A stretch of DNA of 64,000 nucleotides from Antedon mediterranea (taxonomy: Eukaryota; Animalia; Echinodermata): NCBI RefSeq assembly GCF_964355755.1, contig NC_092674.1:13764001-13828000 (forward strand). Direction: 5' to 3'. A program made the translations under genes and the position numbers. Shown piece by piece: positions 11,761-25,000 of this stretch (the stretch's first letter is position 1; the number at the start of each line of letters is the position of its first letter). Below the pieces are notes generated by a model. That model was not told where the DNA came from, searched no databases, and saw only the letters and a list, made by a program, of their open reading frames with translations.

Positions 11761-13087
11761 TGATAGATTTAATATACGTTTATGCAAATGTATTGATTTG
11801 AAATGAATGTAACATTCCAATCTCAGTTCCACAAGTGTCTATTCCCTCAGGCGTCGTAAAGGCAAGTACTGCATACTCATAACAGAAATTCGATCCATTT
11901 TTTTTTTCAATCTGTGCTGCAGAGGTTGGATATAGATTTGTTTTAACGGATAATGAGCTAGCGTTTTCAGTCGCCGTATATTATGTACAAATCTTTATTA
12001 TTGCAGTTAAACCACCCACGTGACATCATCACCCTTCCCTCGCTGGCATGAGTAGCATTGTAAAGCCAGTAGAGGATAGGCCTACGGTGCATCACATGCC
12101 CTAAACGCAGAACAACTTTTGTGGCTAGGGTTAGGAACCAACTTAAGTATGAATTGGCTCTAAGAAACAATTGAAAACCATTAGGCCTACTAATTAAGTT
12201 GAGTTAGATAATTTAATATTTATTGACGATTAAATCAAATTTATGATTTGCCCCGAATAGAGAGGTGGTTTTCACAAATTGTTTAACATTATATAAACAT
12301 ACGTCGTAGTGTATCGTTACATGTACTGTACTATTTCAATCGACTAGGACGGTGAAAGTTTCAATTACATCGCAATGTTTTACTGTGTTTAGTGGTATAT
12401 TATTTGTAAAACATGAAAACAATTAATAATTCGTTACTAAATGGATAAAGAATATATTTAAAAATTGTTCCTCTTTGCACTCATCCTTTTCCCCATCCCT
12501 CAACCATAATGTTACATACAAAACACAAATTAAGTTTGTTTAAATTTGACTTAAACAATTGGTCTCATTTTGCAACAAGTTTCTCTTTCGGAAGTAATTT
12601 CCAGGGTGCTAATTTTAGTTGAGTACATAAATCACAGTGTCTTATCGTCTTCTCGGATTGTCCTGCATTATTGTACATTTGAAATCGTCAGTTTTTTAAC
12701 GCTGAAATTATTATGTATTCGAGAACCATCTGTGGGCACGACTTAGATGGTACGCGAGCGAAGCGAGCGTACCATCTAGTTATTATAAATAATACAACAA
12801 AAAGAGTGAAAGTAAATTGAAGTGATTAACATTTTTTTTTTCATTCATTTATTTGGCACTTTGACCAGTGTAATGGTAAAACATGTATGAACATGTTAAA
12901 AGCTATCAAATACGCTAAATTAACAAATACATTATTGTTTTGTTAAACTAAAATAGGGCCTATGTTTTAACATTATAGGCCTAATAGAAAATTATTTTAG
13001 TTTTTTACAAAACAATAATTAATGCATTCGCTCAAATTCTTGACCGAAATTACTCTCTTTAAATACGAATAATCTCTCTTTTTCAAG

Positions 13088-13217
13088 ATTTTTCCCAGAA
13101 TCAGCACGGTGGTTGATTTCTCAAAAAAGATATGATGAAGCAAAGAAGATAACTGAGAAGGCAGCAACTGTAAACAACGTTAACTTGCCAACAGATTTTC
13201 ACTTTTCTGAACACACT
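13088..13217 (+). CDS. SLC22-like exon 5
   Basis: AG|FFPESARWLISQKRYDEAKKITEKAATVN...|GTACGT. Confidence 0.88.
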
Positions 13218-13748
13218 GTACGTATAATAGTTATTACATATAATCAGGTATATGAAACGTTATCGAATATTTCTTAATTTTAAAAAAATGATTGTTTATA
13301 TTTTTGAAAATTTCCAGTAATAATAATATTCATTCATATACAAGACACAAAATGTTTTTTATTGGTTTTTCCTGATGGTAAAACAATTACAATATATACA
13401 AAGATTTCAACAACGAACGGATTTAAAGAGGCATAGAGACATTACAAACCACCAGAGTTGAATACTGCAATTAATTTATAAACGGTGAAGATGTATATGT
13501 ATCTTATCCCGTATCTTTTTAAAAGTCAACATGGGCACATTTATCTTATTTCTTGGTTCTGGTATTCCTTGATAGACAATTGATAAACATTTGAAGATAA
13601 AAATGTATACACACGAAATAAGGGTATTTCATTAAGTTATCAACAGGAAAAGAAATGTATGTTTCCTTAAATGAAAACGCACCTTTCTATTTTGAGGTAA
13701 GCTTCTTTTTCTTCTAGCTATTCACTTGCTGAACTTTTATATTTTCAG

Positions 13749-13790
13749 GGTAAACCATCTTCACTCATGTCGTTTCTTGATTTATTTAGA
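13749..13790 (+). CDS. SLC22-like exon 6, 5' part only
   Basis: CAG|GKPSSLMSFLDLFR, after which similarity to the expected TP.LR..T......W segment is lost. Confidence 0.6.
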
Positions 13791-14155
13791 CCATGGCCAG
13801 TTTGTAAGTTTGATGTTTTTGTGCCTGTTGGACACTAGTTACTTTTTGACGACCTAACTTCTGAAAAACTAAATAGTTATTTTAAGAACAGACATTGGAA
13901 AATTACTTCCTTTGTCAAACTCGAAATTGGCAAACTAAAGCTGTCTAATACCTTAGCATCTACCATTGTTTGGAGAAGTTTGTTTGCGTGCTGTTACTGG
14001 AGTCTGTCATTTTGCAGGCCTTCTTCAAACTTCTTCAATTTCATTTCAATTCATTTCATTTATTTTGTCTCATAATACGATGGTAACGATCAATACCGTG
14101 ACTATTTTTAATAATAATAATAATTGTTTAAATATTTAAATATTGTTTTTTTAAG

Positions 14156-14364
14156 GATTGCTGTTAATATCTCTTACTTTGGCCTCTCTCTGAGTACTTC
14201 TGATTTTGGCGTTAATCATTACATATCTTTTCTTGTATCTGGTGCTACCGAGATACCAGCCTATGCATTGATTATTGTAGCTCTGGACTATTTAGGACGC
14301 AAACGATCTTTATCAACAACATTGTTACTCGGTGGCGTTGCTTGTTTACTGACTATTTTTATTC
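14156..14364 (+). CDS. SLC22-like exon 7
   Basis: AG|(W)IAVNISYFGLSL...SGATEIPAY...LGRKRS...FI|GTAAGT. Confidence 0.9.
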
Positions 14365-14789
14365 GTAAGTAAACAACAACACCAATAATGATAATAGGCC
14401 TAATAAAAGAATTTATAATGCCCACAGCTGCAGTACATACATGTATAAAACCATTTATTTTAAAGAATGAATAAAACAAGTTAAAATTCCATAAAGGTCT
14501 CCGACAATTAGTGATACTAAGGTAATTAAACTGTTTGTTTAAAGGATTTGGTATTTGCTTCCATAGTCAAATACAGAATTAGCTTTCGAAAGTATTACCT
14601 TTCGAATTCCAACGTAAAAACTTACACGGATACCTTTCAGTAGTTTTAATAGACTACATTATTATAAGAATGAGGACAGTAACATTTTAACACATTAAGT
14701 CATAATAAAAGTCTATGTAATTTAAACAAGTCACCAATAGATAATAAGTCTAGCACTTTCAATCTATACAAATAAGATGTGTCCCAGGA

Positions 14790-14880
14790 GCCTTTCTAAA
14801 CATCATAATCCTTGTTGCTTTCTTTTGTATACGTTCTATTCTATTAATTAACTTCTCAAATGGTGACCACATTGAAGATC
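14790..14880 (-). mobile_element. Short CR1-type LINE fragment
   Basis: WSPF.KLINRIERIQKKATRIM, the conserved post-RT motif of CR1 ORF2. Confidence 0.6.
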
Positions 14881-15257
14881 TTGTTGTACGCGGTAAACTT
14901 TTCCATAACATTCTCCAGCTGTCCAAAGTCTGATGGGACTCTAAGCAGTATAGTATCATCTGATGATCTAAGTGAGCCAGCTGGTTAATACGATACAAGA
15001 TTCTACTCAAAATAATAATAATTTTGAGCAATATTCTGTAGTGCTTTAAATGTGGTTATGAGTAATTCATACTTAGTCCTGCGATGAACTGGTAGCCAAT
15101 GAAGAAGATCTATGAATTAAAAGTTCGTCTTATTATTGGTGATTCGTACTAGAATCACCTATTGATTTTCTAAGAATAACTATAGTAAGACATTATTACT
15201 GTGTTTTGTTTATACCAATAATTGACTTTGTAATATATTTTTTATTTTGTTGAAAAG

Positions 15258-15366
15258 CAATAGGAATAGGACGACTGACAGTAGCGATGGTAGGAAAGTT
15301 TGGAGTAACCGCTGCATTCGGTATTATATTTTTCTATACTGCAGAGCTCTATCCAACTAATATACG
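15258..15366 (+). CDS. SLC22-like exon 8
   Basis: [28 protein letters not shown]; 109 bp; AG/GT boundaries. Confidence 0.9.
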
Positions 15367-15564
15367 GTTAGAAATATTTTCTTCTGTTTAGTGTTTATAT
15401 CTAGTCTAGTTCAATTGAAAACAAGTTAAATACTGTGTTAAACGACCAACTGTTCTAATAATTGTAATTGTATATTCGACGTCATGAGGTGTAGACTTAA
15501 AGCACATAATCTTTTTACTCCTCTATTCAACTCATACAGAAGAAAACAATGATTCTCGCCATCA

Positions 15565-16365
15565 TTTTTGGAAGCGACTCTATAGTTCACTATGTCGGTC
15601 GGTTGGTCGGTCTGTCTGTCGGTATGTCTGTCTATCTGTCTTTCGGTCTGTCGGTCCGGTATCACTATGCGTTTTATCGCTTTCTGACCTTATCTTGATA
15701 TCAGTTTAATCTAGCTAGGTCAATTTTTCACAGTATATTCCTTATGGCCAGGAATCAATGTGGTTATGTTTTCACGGTGCGCAATAAAAAATTACGCGGT
15801 CTACGCACGATTTAACGAAATCACGTTTGTAATCATATCTTCACAACCATGAATCACAATTAAATAAAATTTGGTACTCATAAATTTCAGGGAATAAATC
15901 ATCATATGGCAATTCAATTACGTGCGTAGCGCATGTAACGCATGCGTACGCGCGCCTAAAATTTTCAAAATTTATTTTCGATGAAATAAGAGTACGTTTC
16001 AGGCAATTTTAAGCGTTTACACAATTGCCATGAGTGCGCATATTTTTGCGCGCGCACTGCGCGTTAAATGTTATTGCCCGATTTCTGTTTTCTTTACTTA
16101 CTTTTCAACTCGAAATTACGTTATACGAGCACGTCAAAAGTGACAGGCTACGCACGTGTAAATTAAAAAAATATAAATGTTTTTAAACATTTCAACATTT
16201 TTAAACATGTTCAGTAATTTCGGTCAGTATAGTTCACTATGTCGGTTGGTCGGTCTGTCTGTCTGTCGGTCTGTCGGTCTTTCTGTCGGTCTGTCTGTCA
16301 GTCTGTCTGTCGGTCCGGTATCATTATGCATTGTAGCACGCGACTTAATGGCTGTTGGCCTTGTT
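15565..16365 (+). mobile_element. Non-autonomous Helentron/DINE-1-like element, copy 2
   Basis: Near-identical to 1865-2704, but lacks the first ~7 nt of the 5' subterminal repeat. Confidence 0.75.
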
Positions 16366-16502
16366 ATTTTGGCATTGTTATAATCTAGTTCTTTTTTATT
16401 GTAATGTTTATATGTTCTTCTTTCCATAATGATGATGATGTAATGATATGATATGAATGTATCTTTGTCAAACTAAGAGACTGCTTTATTCATTGGCAAC
16501 AG

Positions 16503-16712
16503 GTCAGTTGCTGTTGGTATTTGTTCAACATCTGGTTGGATTGGAGCCATCCTATCACCATATATCCTCCACCTGTCAAAGTATTGGGCACCACTTGCAA
16601 TGTTAACATTCAGTGTATTAGCCATTTCATCAGGAGTACTTGTTTTACTTTTACCCGAAACTGCCAATAGAAAGTTACCAGATACAATGGATGAAGTCAC
16701 ACAACTTAGAAT
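16503..16712 (+). CDS. SLC22-like exon 9
   Basis: (R)SVAVGICSTSGWIGAILSPY...LLLPETANRKLPDTMDE; donor AT|GTAAGG. Confidence 0.9.
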
Positions 16713-17192
16713 GTAAGGGTTTGTTTGCAATGTTTCAAAATTTGCATTCAGAATGTACAAATATAGCGCAGTCATTAAAACATAATGGGTTCAGTAAGAT
16801 GTCTAATCTATCAGGGCACGAATTATGATTATTATGTGTAATTTTTTGTTTTGTGTAATTATAAAGTTAATATTTGCATAAATTAACTAAACAGCGCTAG
16901 TAACAGCATGTTGCTTTGGTAGGTCTCTGTGTGTGTGGTTTATCTTCTTTCTAAGTTTACAGCTTCGTTTCGATCAGGGAAGACGTGTAGACGTATGCCT
17001 ATGTTACTGGACTACGATCACTATTGAATATCATGGTCTGAACAAACATGTTAAAACGTAAAATAGCTATGTTATGTTAAACTAACCAGCCGTACCTTGG
17101 GTGTATTTGTATAATTTCTTTCACTTCATTTTCTACACTTTTTAATGTCCATTAATATTAATTAATATTAACGTTTTATAATTTATTTTCAG

Positions 17193-17217
17193 ATCTGTGA
17201 CAAATTATCGTCAGTAG
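17193..17217 (+). CDS. Putative SLC22-like terminal coding exon
   Basis: Strong acceptor TTTTCAG at 17192; a phase-2 join gives ISVTNYRQ-stop. Not conserved, so tentative. Confidence 0.35.
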
Positions 17218-18490
17218 AATTAGGAGAAACAGAAGCTTTGACACAAACAACATTGATATCATGAGATAGGTTACACCGACGTACCATGATTGAATTCCGT
17301 AAAAACGTGAAAAAACAGCAGTTCCCAAAAAAAAAAAATCCAGTCTCCTGTGGCTTGCTCATAAAAGCAATTGGGGTGATAAGGTTTATTAAATATTCAA
17401 CGCTTTTACACTGTGTTTTAATCAACATTATGATGTTAATTTGTATCAGTACATCTAGGTATTTTATAGAATATATCCCAAAAAAATAATGAAAATCCAT
17501 ATAATAGGTTTAATTTAAGCGCATTTTGTAAGTATTTCACATGATTTAAATTTAGACTTGTTTTTAGCGTTATTTAATTTTCTAAAAAGGAGAATTGATG
17601 CATATTCTAATGAATAACATGAGAATAGGCAGCAATTCGCCTTTATAGAAAATTAAATTTCAAATTTATAAAATGTACGCATATTTAGAGTATTGGAAAA
17701 TATAATCAAATTAGCCAATTATTGCATTGTTAATGATTTAATAATACACTGTATAATGGTTATTGATGTACATACCGTATATTTTATTTTAATGTATGGA
17801 TGATGTTGCATGAGACACTTTGTATTAATAAAAAAAAGCCATAACATCAAAATATGAAAAGAAAAAAAAACAAAACATCAATTTTTTTAATGATATGTAA
17901 CAGTGATATACTAATTCTAATTAATTTATGATGTACTGAAATTGAAATAAAGTTTAGAGAGTGAATCTCACAAAAAGACAAACAACTACAGCCAGCAATT
18001 TGTTTTCTTTCAAAATACAATACAATATATATATATATATATTAAATAGCCTATATAAATGCGTGAACGTGATTGGTTGAGTACGATGATATTGACTGAG
18101 TAATTTTCGAGTAATTATCGTGTCCCTGTCATTAAACATATAAAATATCCAGCAAATTCTCCTGTACGATGATATTGACTTTGTAATTTTCGTGTGGCAA
18201 CACTCGCGTTTAGCGATAAATAAGTTAATAAAAGTAATAAAACTCATCTAATGGGACTTGAACTCGCGATGAATTGCTTGAAGACATTAATCAACTAAAC
18301 TATTTAAACTATTCATACATAGCGCCCTCATTTGTTATTAGTCCTCCCTAGATGTGACCTGATAGTAATATTATTGTTATTATGTAGGCTTATTGATGGA
18401 AATCCTACTGTTAATTTAAACGACCTAGGCCTAAGTGAAGATTTTATTGCCAAGGAATCATTAATTAGTAATTATCTGTATATTATTCTT

Positions 18491-18657
18491 CAGTGGTCTA
18501 TTGTTTAGGACATCTGCATATCAGGCAGAAGGTTCCGGGTTCGAATCTCGGTTTGGGCGATCACAGATTTCCTCATCTTTAAATTAATTAATTAAATTTC
18601 AGTATATCACCGGGCGGTATAGAATTTATTCTGTGCCTGTGATGTTTATAATATATA
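18491..18657 (+). mobile_element. Dispersed, diverged copy of the tRNA-containing repeat found at 28713-29527
   Basis: CAGTGGTCTA..TTAGGACATCTGCATATCA.GCAG...GGTTCGAATCTCGG, followed by the same AATTAATTAATTAAATTTCAGTATATCACCGGGCGG tail. Confidence 0.8.
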
Positions 18658-19313
18658 TCTACTATATATCCCTGTTCATACTGTTCATGTTGATTTTATA
18701 TTTGCAGTAGAATAAATTAAATTTTATATTAGTTTAAGTGAATATTTTATGGCAAAGGAATCAACGGTCATTTTTCGCAAAGGTAAGGTGAATTAGGCAG
18801 TCTTATTACTTAGGCTAGTCGACCCATAAACTTTGCTACATATTTTAATATAGCAGATGTAATATATAGTTCCTCGAGAAAAATATCATTCCCTCGAGGC
18901 AATATCTGTATAATATAAACATTTGCAGTAGAGCAGAATCAGTGTCGTGAAATAAACCTTTATTTTTAAAAGTAATGCTACAGGAATATTTTTGTAGAAT
19001 AAGATAGGAAATCCATCAAAATTGACTATACACAATTATGTAAAATTGAGGCATTTCTCTTTTTAAAAAAAGTATATAAATTTTAATCATAAGAACAATC
19101 AATTTAACACAATTTAAAAATACCATTTTATTAAAAATTATTACCCAGTTAAATGTGTGTAAGTCATTGAATCAAAATCAGTAAAATTCCAATCTTATAA
19201 CATTATGAAAAAGTTATAGCATCAAATTATAATACTTTGTTTTTAGATTGTAAAAAAGTAAGTAAGAATCTGCATCATTGTATATTTATTATATTCCGTT
19301 ATTTTTCATTTAG

Positions 19314-21490
19314 TTGGATAAACTTGAAGTTGAAAGATTGAAGGAATTCAATTTAAGTGCTGGTGTAATACAGATATGGTGGAGGAAGATCCTGGCAACC
19401 AAAAGTAAACAAGAGGTCAAGCAGGTATTGATTGTTGTAATAGTGTTTTGCCAAATATCTTGCAGGCATCATGCTCTTACCAAACCAAGCCACAGAAGGC
19501 TATTGTAACATTAAAATAAATGTTAACTTTTATTCATTTTAACATTTTTTAAATTAAAATAAATGTGTTTATGTACTGTAAGATGCTCAGAGACTTATGA
19601 TATGTTGTAGGTGTAGAGTTTGGAAGGTGAGAGAAGATGTAAAGACACAATATGAGGCAGCAAGTGTAATGCAGTATGCTATGATTGGATATTCAATTCA
19701 TTTACATCAACGCAAGTTAGAGGAATAATTAAATGAATTGGATTCACACGAGGTAGGCCTTTACTTAAAACTCTCAATTCTCAATCTATGCTGCACCAAC
19801 ACACTTAACCATGTGAAGTATGTTTCTTCATCCTCGTTTACATGTACTTTAATGATTTTGATATAACACATCATCATTGATTATGTATTGTGTTATAAAA
19901 CTAATAATGTTGAATAGAGAATATTTTACTAAGATATTGCATGTTCTTGCTTCCACCAATCAGTTAATGTTTAACTCATGAAATATTCTCACTATTCAAT
20001 TCATAAACATTCAGTTTATGATTTTTATACCAATCTAATATTTTTTTTCTTCATACAATTTAACATTTATTTTTACCAGTTTTCTGATTCTGATGTGTAA
20101 GATTACAGTGCTGAACAATCACAACAAAACAATAGCATATTAACAGAAGGTATACTTTCAGCAGTATCACTGGATAATGAACCTCGTGACAGTAACCTGT
20201 CAATGATTAGTTCAAGCAATGGCAGCAAAGAAGTTGATGAAAATAGAGATACATGTACCAGTAAAGGCAGCAAAGAAGTTGAAGACAAGAGAGATAAGTT
20301 TACCAGTAAAGACAGCAAGAAATTGAGGGTGTCACGAAACCTAAGACCACGAAAGGTAAGACCCCCTAAGACCTAAGATCGCGAAAGCTAAGACCCAAGA
20401 CCTAAGATTACAAATATTTATCTTTCGCACCTGCCTTGTATTTTAACTCCCAACATTTATTCTGAATACCACACCTTAGAATTGGCACTTTCATGAAAAA
20501 GAATCACATAAAAAGTAACAAATACATTTTTAAATTGATGATTTTACAGACGTTTTTCTCGCACACAAAATGACTAGCCTACAGCACACTAGAAGTAGGC
20601 CTACCCCCCATGTTCAATGTTTTTGTTTTTATGGAACGTCAAAAGAGCAAAAATTATATAGAGGGCTGAAAACTCTGTGGAGTCCATCTACAGTGTGGAT
20701 GGAACAATGTAAAATTAAAATTGTAATGATAATAGTATAATCATGCAAGTACGAAGAAATAAATACTGGCAAATAAATTTTAACTTAAAAATTATGATAA
20801 GTTTTTTTGTTTCGTTTTCTTTCTGTTGTTATACTTGTACTATTATTGTTGCTCTTTTGGCGATCCATAGAAACAAAAACATTGAGCATGGGGAGCTCGA
20901 GGAGTTACATTACAGTATACAAAGAAACACGTCTGTAAAATCATGATGGGAAAGGATTTATTTATTTGTTATTATGTGTTTCTCCTTCTGAAAGTACTTA
21001 TAAGTCCTAATTTTAAAGTGTGGTATTCAGGATAAAGTTAGTCAACAAATTTGGAGTCAAAATACAAGGCAGGTGCGTAAGAAAAACATCATCTGAACCA
21101 ACACATTGGAGTAAATATATACCAACAAACAACCCGTCAAGTTTGTTTGTTGTGAAGAAAAAATATACATTTACTCAACGGGCGAAAATAATGTGAGTTT
21201 ATCTATGTTTTGCGGTAGTATTAAATTATATTTATGGTAATAAATGAAACCTACTGTGTTTAAAATTATGTATGGATAAACAAGTATTGTTTTTAAGCTG
21301 TAGTATATCTTAGAATTTGTAATCTTAGGTCTTGGGTCATAGCTTTCGTGATCTTAGGTCTTATGGGGTCTTAGCTTTCGTAGTCTTAGGTTTCGTGACA
21401 CTCAAGAAATTGAAGACAATAGAGATAAATTTACTAGTAAAGATAACAAAGAATTTGATGATCAAACACCCGATTCTGCTACTGTCCACA
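19314..21490 (+). pseudogene. Degenerate multi-exon gene fragment with IQ-like motifs
   Basis: GT-AG exon-like blocks at 19314-19424 (AGVIQIWWRKILATK), 19611-19752 (AASVMQYAMIGY) and 20080 onward (42-bp repeats, split by a MULE MITE). In-frame stops are present. Confidence 0.4.
20327..21403. mobile_element. Non-autonomous Mutator-like (MULE) element with long inverted arms
   Basis: Termini GGGTGTCACGAAACCTAAGAC / GTCTTAGGTTTCGTGACACTC. 10-bp direct repeat AAGAAATTGA at 20317-20326 and 21404-21413; removing the element restores the host 42-bp repeat. Confidence 0.85.
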
Positions 21491-21797
21491 GGTGCTATCT
21501 CTAAAACTATAGCAAGTTATACACGTTGCTGTCTGCTATAAATGCTGTACTTTTAACACACGGTACACTGTCTGTAGCACAGTGTGTGTTGACAATTTAC
21601 AATGATGTACAACCATAGGCAGGTTTTCGTACTGCCATGCAAGAATGGATAGGTGTTTTCCGCCGCTTTTAGGCATTCTAGTCAATTATTGTTATTATTA
21701 TACGAATTACGTAATTAGTCTAGTAGCTCATCTACCTTTTTAGCAGGGCATAATGAATATTGTAGCTAGGCTAGGCCTACTAGACTAGCGGGAAATC

Positions 21798-21890
21798 AAC
21801 CAATTATTTGGTTGGATACGAGTTTAGGGTAGGAAGTTAAGTACGAGTTGGCATGGGTACGAGTCGACCAGGGGTGAATCGACCAGACTA
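21798..21890. repeat. GGGTACGAGT/ACTCGTACC subterminal-repeat fragments of a DNA transposon (also at 25555-25695)
   Basis: Arrays of TACGAGT motifs; an inverted homologous block lies at 25615-25695. Confidence 0.45.
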
Positions 21891-22087
21891 CACCCGGCCG
21901 CCCTACTAGAGCATAGGCTACAGGCCTGCAGGAATGTGAAATCTGTCCTAGCTATAGGCATAGGCCTACATTGGGACGCCCAAAAAAGCCATTCTATGAG
22001 CATAAAAAGGCCTCGTAGAGCCAGACATGTTAACATATACTACACAGTACTAGTACGTCTACCATTTATTATAGTTCCATGGTACTA

Positions 22088-25000
22088 TAGCAGGGTAACT
22101 TAGCACTTTTTTTGTGCACTTTGTGACAAAAGCACCAAATTCGGCACAAACCTTCTTTAGGGTATATCTAACAATCCTAGAAGGGGTGCCCAAAAATCGG
22201 AACAATTTAACGACGTCATTTGGACCACGCCCTTTTTTTAGTATTACCTAATTATGTGAAAACTTAACTCTTCGTATATACATACCAAGTTTGGTATCAA
22301 ATTAAAACTCATGACATGTACATTGCAATACACACATAAAAAATATATGATTTTTCTTCAGACGGAATATATAGGTCAAATAATGTAATTTTCTGTCATA
22401 TTGAAGGGCAACAACATTTATTTTTGTAATAGTACTAATATATATTTATCCAGTACCAGTTACTTTCCTTTAACATAATATTAGGAACCACTGAAAAAAA
22501 GTATATAAAGCATATACTGTATCAAACTTGGCTCAATAATCACTGGACTAATTAAACAGACAAAAGACCATTTGACAGACAATTATGGCGTAGGCATCCA
22601 TAACAATACATAGAGGTGATTATCAACTTTACTTTTACTTTTTATTATTTATCTGGAAACAAACACTTATAATGGTACAGAGTTGCTAGATGACGAACAA
22701 GTTCCACGGCGTGGGTAACAAGACCAGTGCACTGCTGAATGGCACTAATTGCAGTTCCCTGAGCAAAAAGGCAACTTTTTGCAGCCACACTTTAGCAATC
22801 CCTACATGCCTTGGATGCTTCAGGTAGTATTGTCCAGACTGGTGTCCATGTACTGCCGGTTTTAGTCCAACCAAAGTCTTCTGTTGATGGAGCATTCTGC
22901 TGTGGCTGTAGACTGGTGTTCCAAATGCTTGCTTGGTATATGGATCTGTTGGAATGCTGTAAAAGTGCATCCTGCAATAAACAATTTAAAGATTGGTGTT
23001 ACCTTTTAATGAAAGAAAAACATGAACCTGATAATAAATTATTAAACGACAATTGACAATTATATTGAAGCTCCCCTTACCTGTGTAGGAGGAATGTTGT
23101 CCATTGTCCGTGCCTTTCTTGAAAAAAGATCTTGTCTTAGCTTAGTAACACTTCTTAAAGTACTTGTCTTGTCGTATAGATGACATGTAAACTCCTCTAG
23201 CAACTGGAATTGAGATGAGTTGACTCCTAGAGATGTGAAAGGGTGATGTGCCATGAAAAGAAAGGCTTCTATGACTGCTGGAAATGAGTTCCACGTCTCC
23301 CATGCGGAGTGTTTTGCTTTTCCGAAGAACTGGGATGTAGTATCGGACCCAGTAAATGCATGAAAAACTGGCAGCCCTCTTGACTTATCTCCTCCTAGGT
23401 TATGGCAGATGGTATTTATATTAACATATTGGAAGTGCTTACCCATGCCAAATGCGACCCAGATACACGTACCAGGATAACAGGCTATTAGATTGCAGAA
23501 AATACCAACCAGGATAACAATGACATCAGTATCAACTGTACGCACCAAAATAACCCTGCTACCTTTCTTTAAGGCATCATCAATGTGAAGGCACATCTTG
23601 GAGTCGGCCTCTTCATGGTCGCAGATTGACATAGGTTGAGTAGATGTCAACATACAACAGACTCGCCTACAGGACATATATCAAGAATTATTTACTAATT
23701 TAATATGCCTTTTTAATGAATTATTGGTATGAAACTGTATAAGTAAATTAATCGTTTGGTTACAAACAAAATAAATTAGTAAGTATCATAATAAAACTTA
23801 CCTGATGCAGTCAGAGTAATTATGGGTAGACACCTTTGTAGTTAAAAAGTTCAATAACTCCCTAAATAATTCCCTGGAATCTTTGTTTGTCCCCCAACTT
23901 TCCTCCTAACCCCTTTTCCTCTTTTTTTTCCTGTAGACTGCTTAAGACTATCTGTTCTGTAAGTGTCCCACACTATATCAATTCTGTTACTATTCTGCAG
24001 CTGCTGTCTGGTCCACGGTAGAAAGACCTGTCATACAAATGATACAAGAATAACGATTCGCATATAGAAGTGACCAATTATGTGGTGGTTAAACAATAGA
24101 TACAATCCTGAATGCAAAGAAATGTACTCACCTTATCACCGTAGTCATCAAATGTAAATGCATGGTTGCTGGAAAGAGGATGGACAATAGCAGCTCCGTC
24201 AAACACCTTTAGGTCAAAATATGTAGGAGGTTCAGGCTGGCCTTCAGTCTCCAAATGCTGTAGCAACTCAGACTTCTTAGTTGGTAGTCGAAGCTTTCCA
24301 TTTACTGCCAAAGAGGGTGGCCATGGCTGGTTTTCATGCATGAAGAAGTCTTCCAAATCTCCATCACGAGATTGACTTGCAATATACAGTCGACTGAATA
24401 GGCTGCAGTCACTTTTTAAACTCTTAACTTGTTGCTTTGTTTTGGACACTGATTTTGACCATGGTGTGTTGAAGAACGGCAGCTTATTCTGTTTGATGGC
24501 TTGTTGAATTGCAACACTTCTGTCGAGAATAACTTCCTTGAAATATTTTTGGTACTGGGTAGAGTACCTACATCGTGAATTGTACGAACTATCACTACTG
24601 CACTTTCATTGGCACAATCTCGAGCATCCAAGACAATTATCGAGGAATGGGTTGCCTGTATTGCTCAGGGAACTGCAAGTGCCGTTCAGCAGGTCTTTCT
24701 TGCACTGGTCTTTGTTACCCATGCCGTTGAACTTGTTCGTCATCTAGCAACTCTGTACCATTTTAAGTGTTTGTTTCCAGATAAATAATTTCATAAAAGT
24801 AAAGTTGATAATCACCTCTATGTATTGTTATGGATGCTAACGCCATAATTGTCAGTCAAATGGTCTTTTGTCTGTTTAATTAGTCCAGTGATTATTGAGC
24901 CAAGTTTGATACAGTATATGTTTTATATACTTTTTTCAGTGGTTCCTAATATTATGTTAAAGGAAAGTAACTGATACTGGATAAATATATATTAGTAGTT

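Larger units (their letters stand above)
9862..12779 (+). mobile_element. Non-autonomous Helitron, interrupted by a ~2.2-kb nested insert
   Basis: 5' end A|TCTATATATA; 3' hairpin AGATGGTACGC..GCGTACCATCTAG|T. The flanks of the 10030-12190 insert are contiguous in the copy at ~56740-56962 (-). Confidence 0.75.
4398..17217 (+). pseudogene. SLC22 / organic cation transporter-like MFS gene, ~10 exons, apparently disrupted
   Basis: Exons spell MDFDDVLKLLGDFGRYQ, STIIQE|FDLVC, ADK|FGRK, FPESARWL, YFGLSL, GKFG..AAF...[10 protein letters not shown] and LLPET...LPDT. Exon 2 is 103 bp (frameshift); exons 4 and 6 are incomplete. The last exon is uncertain. Confidence 0.75.
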
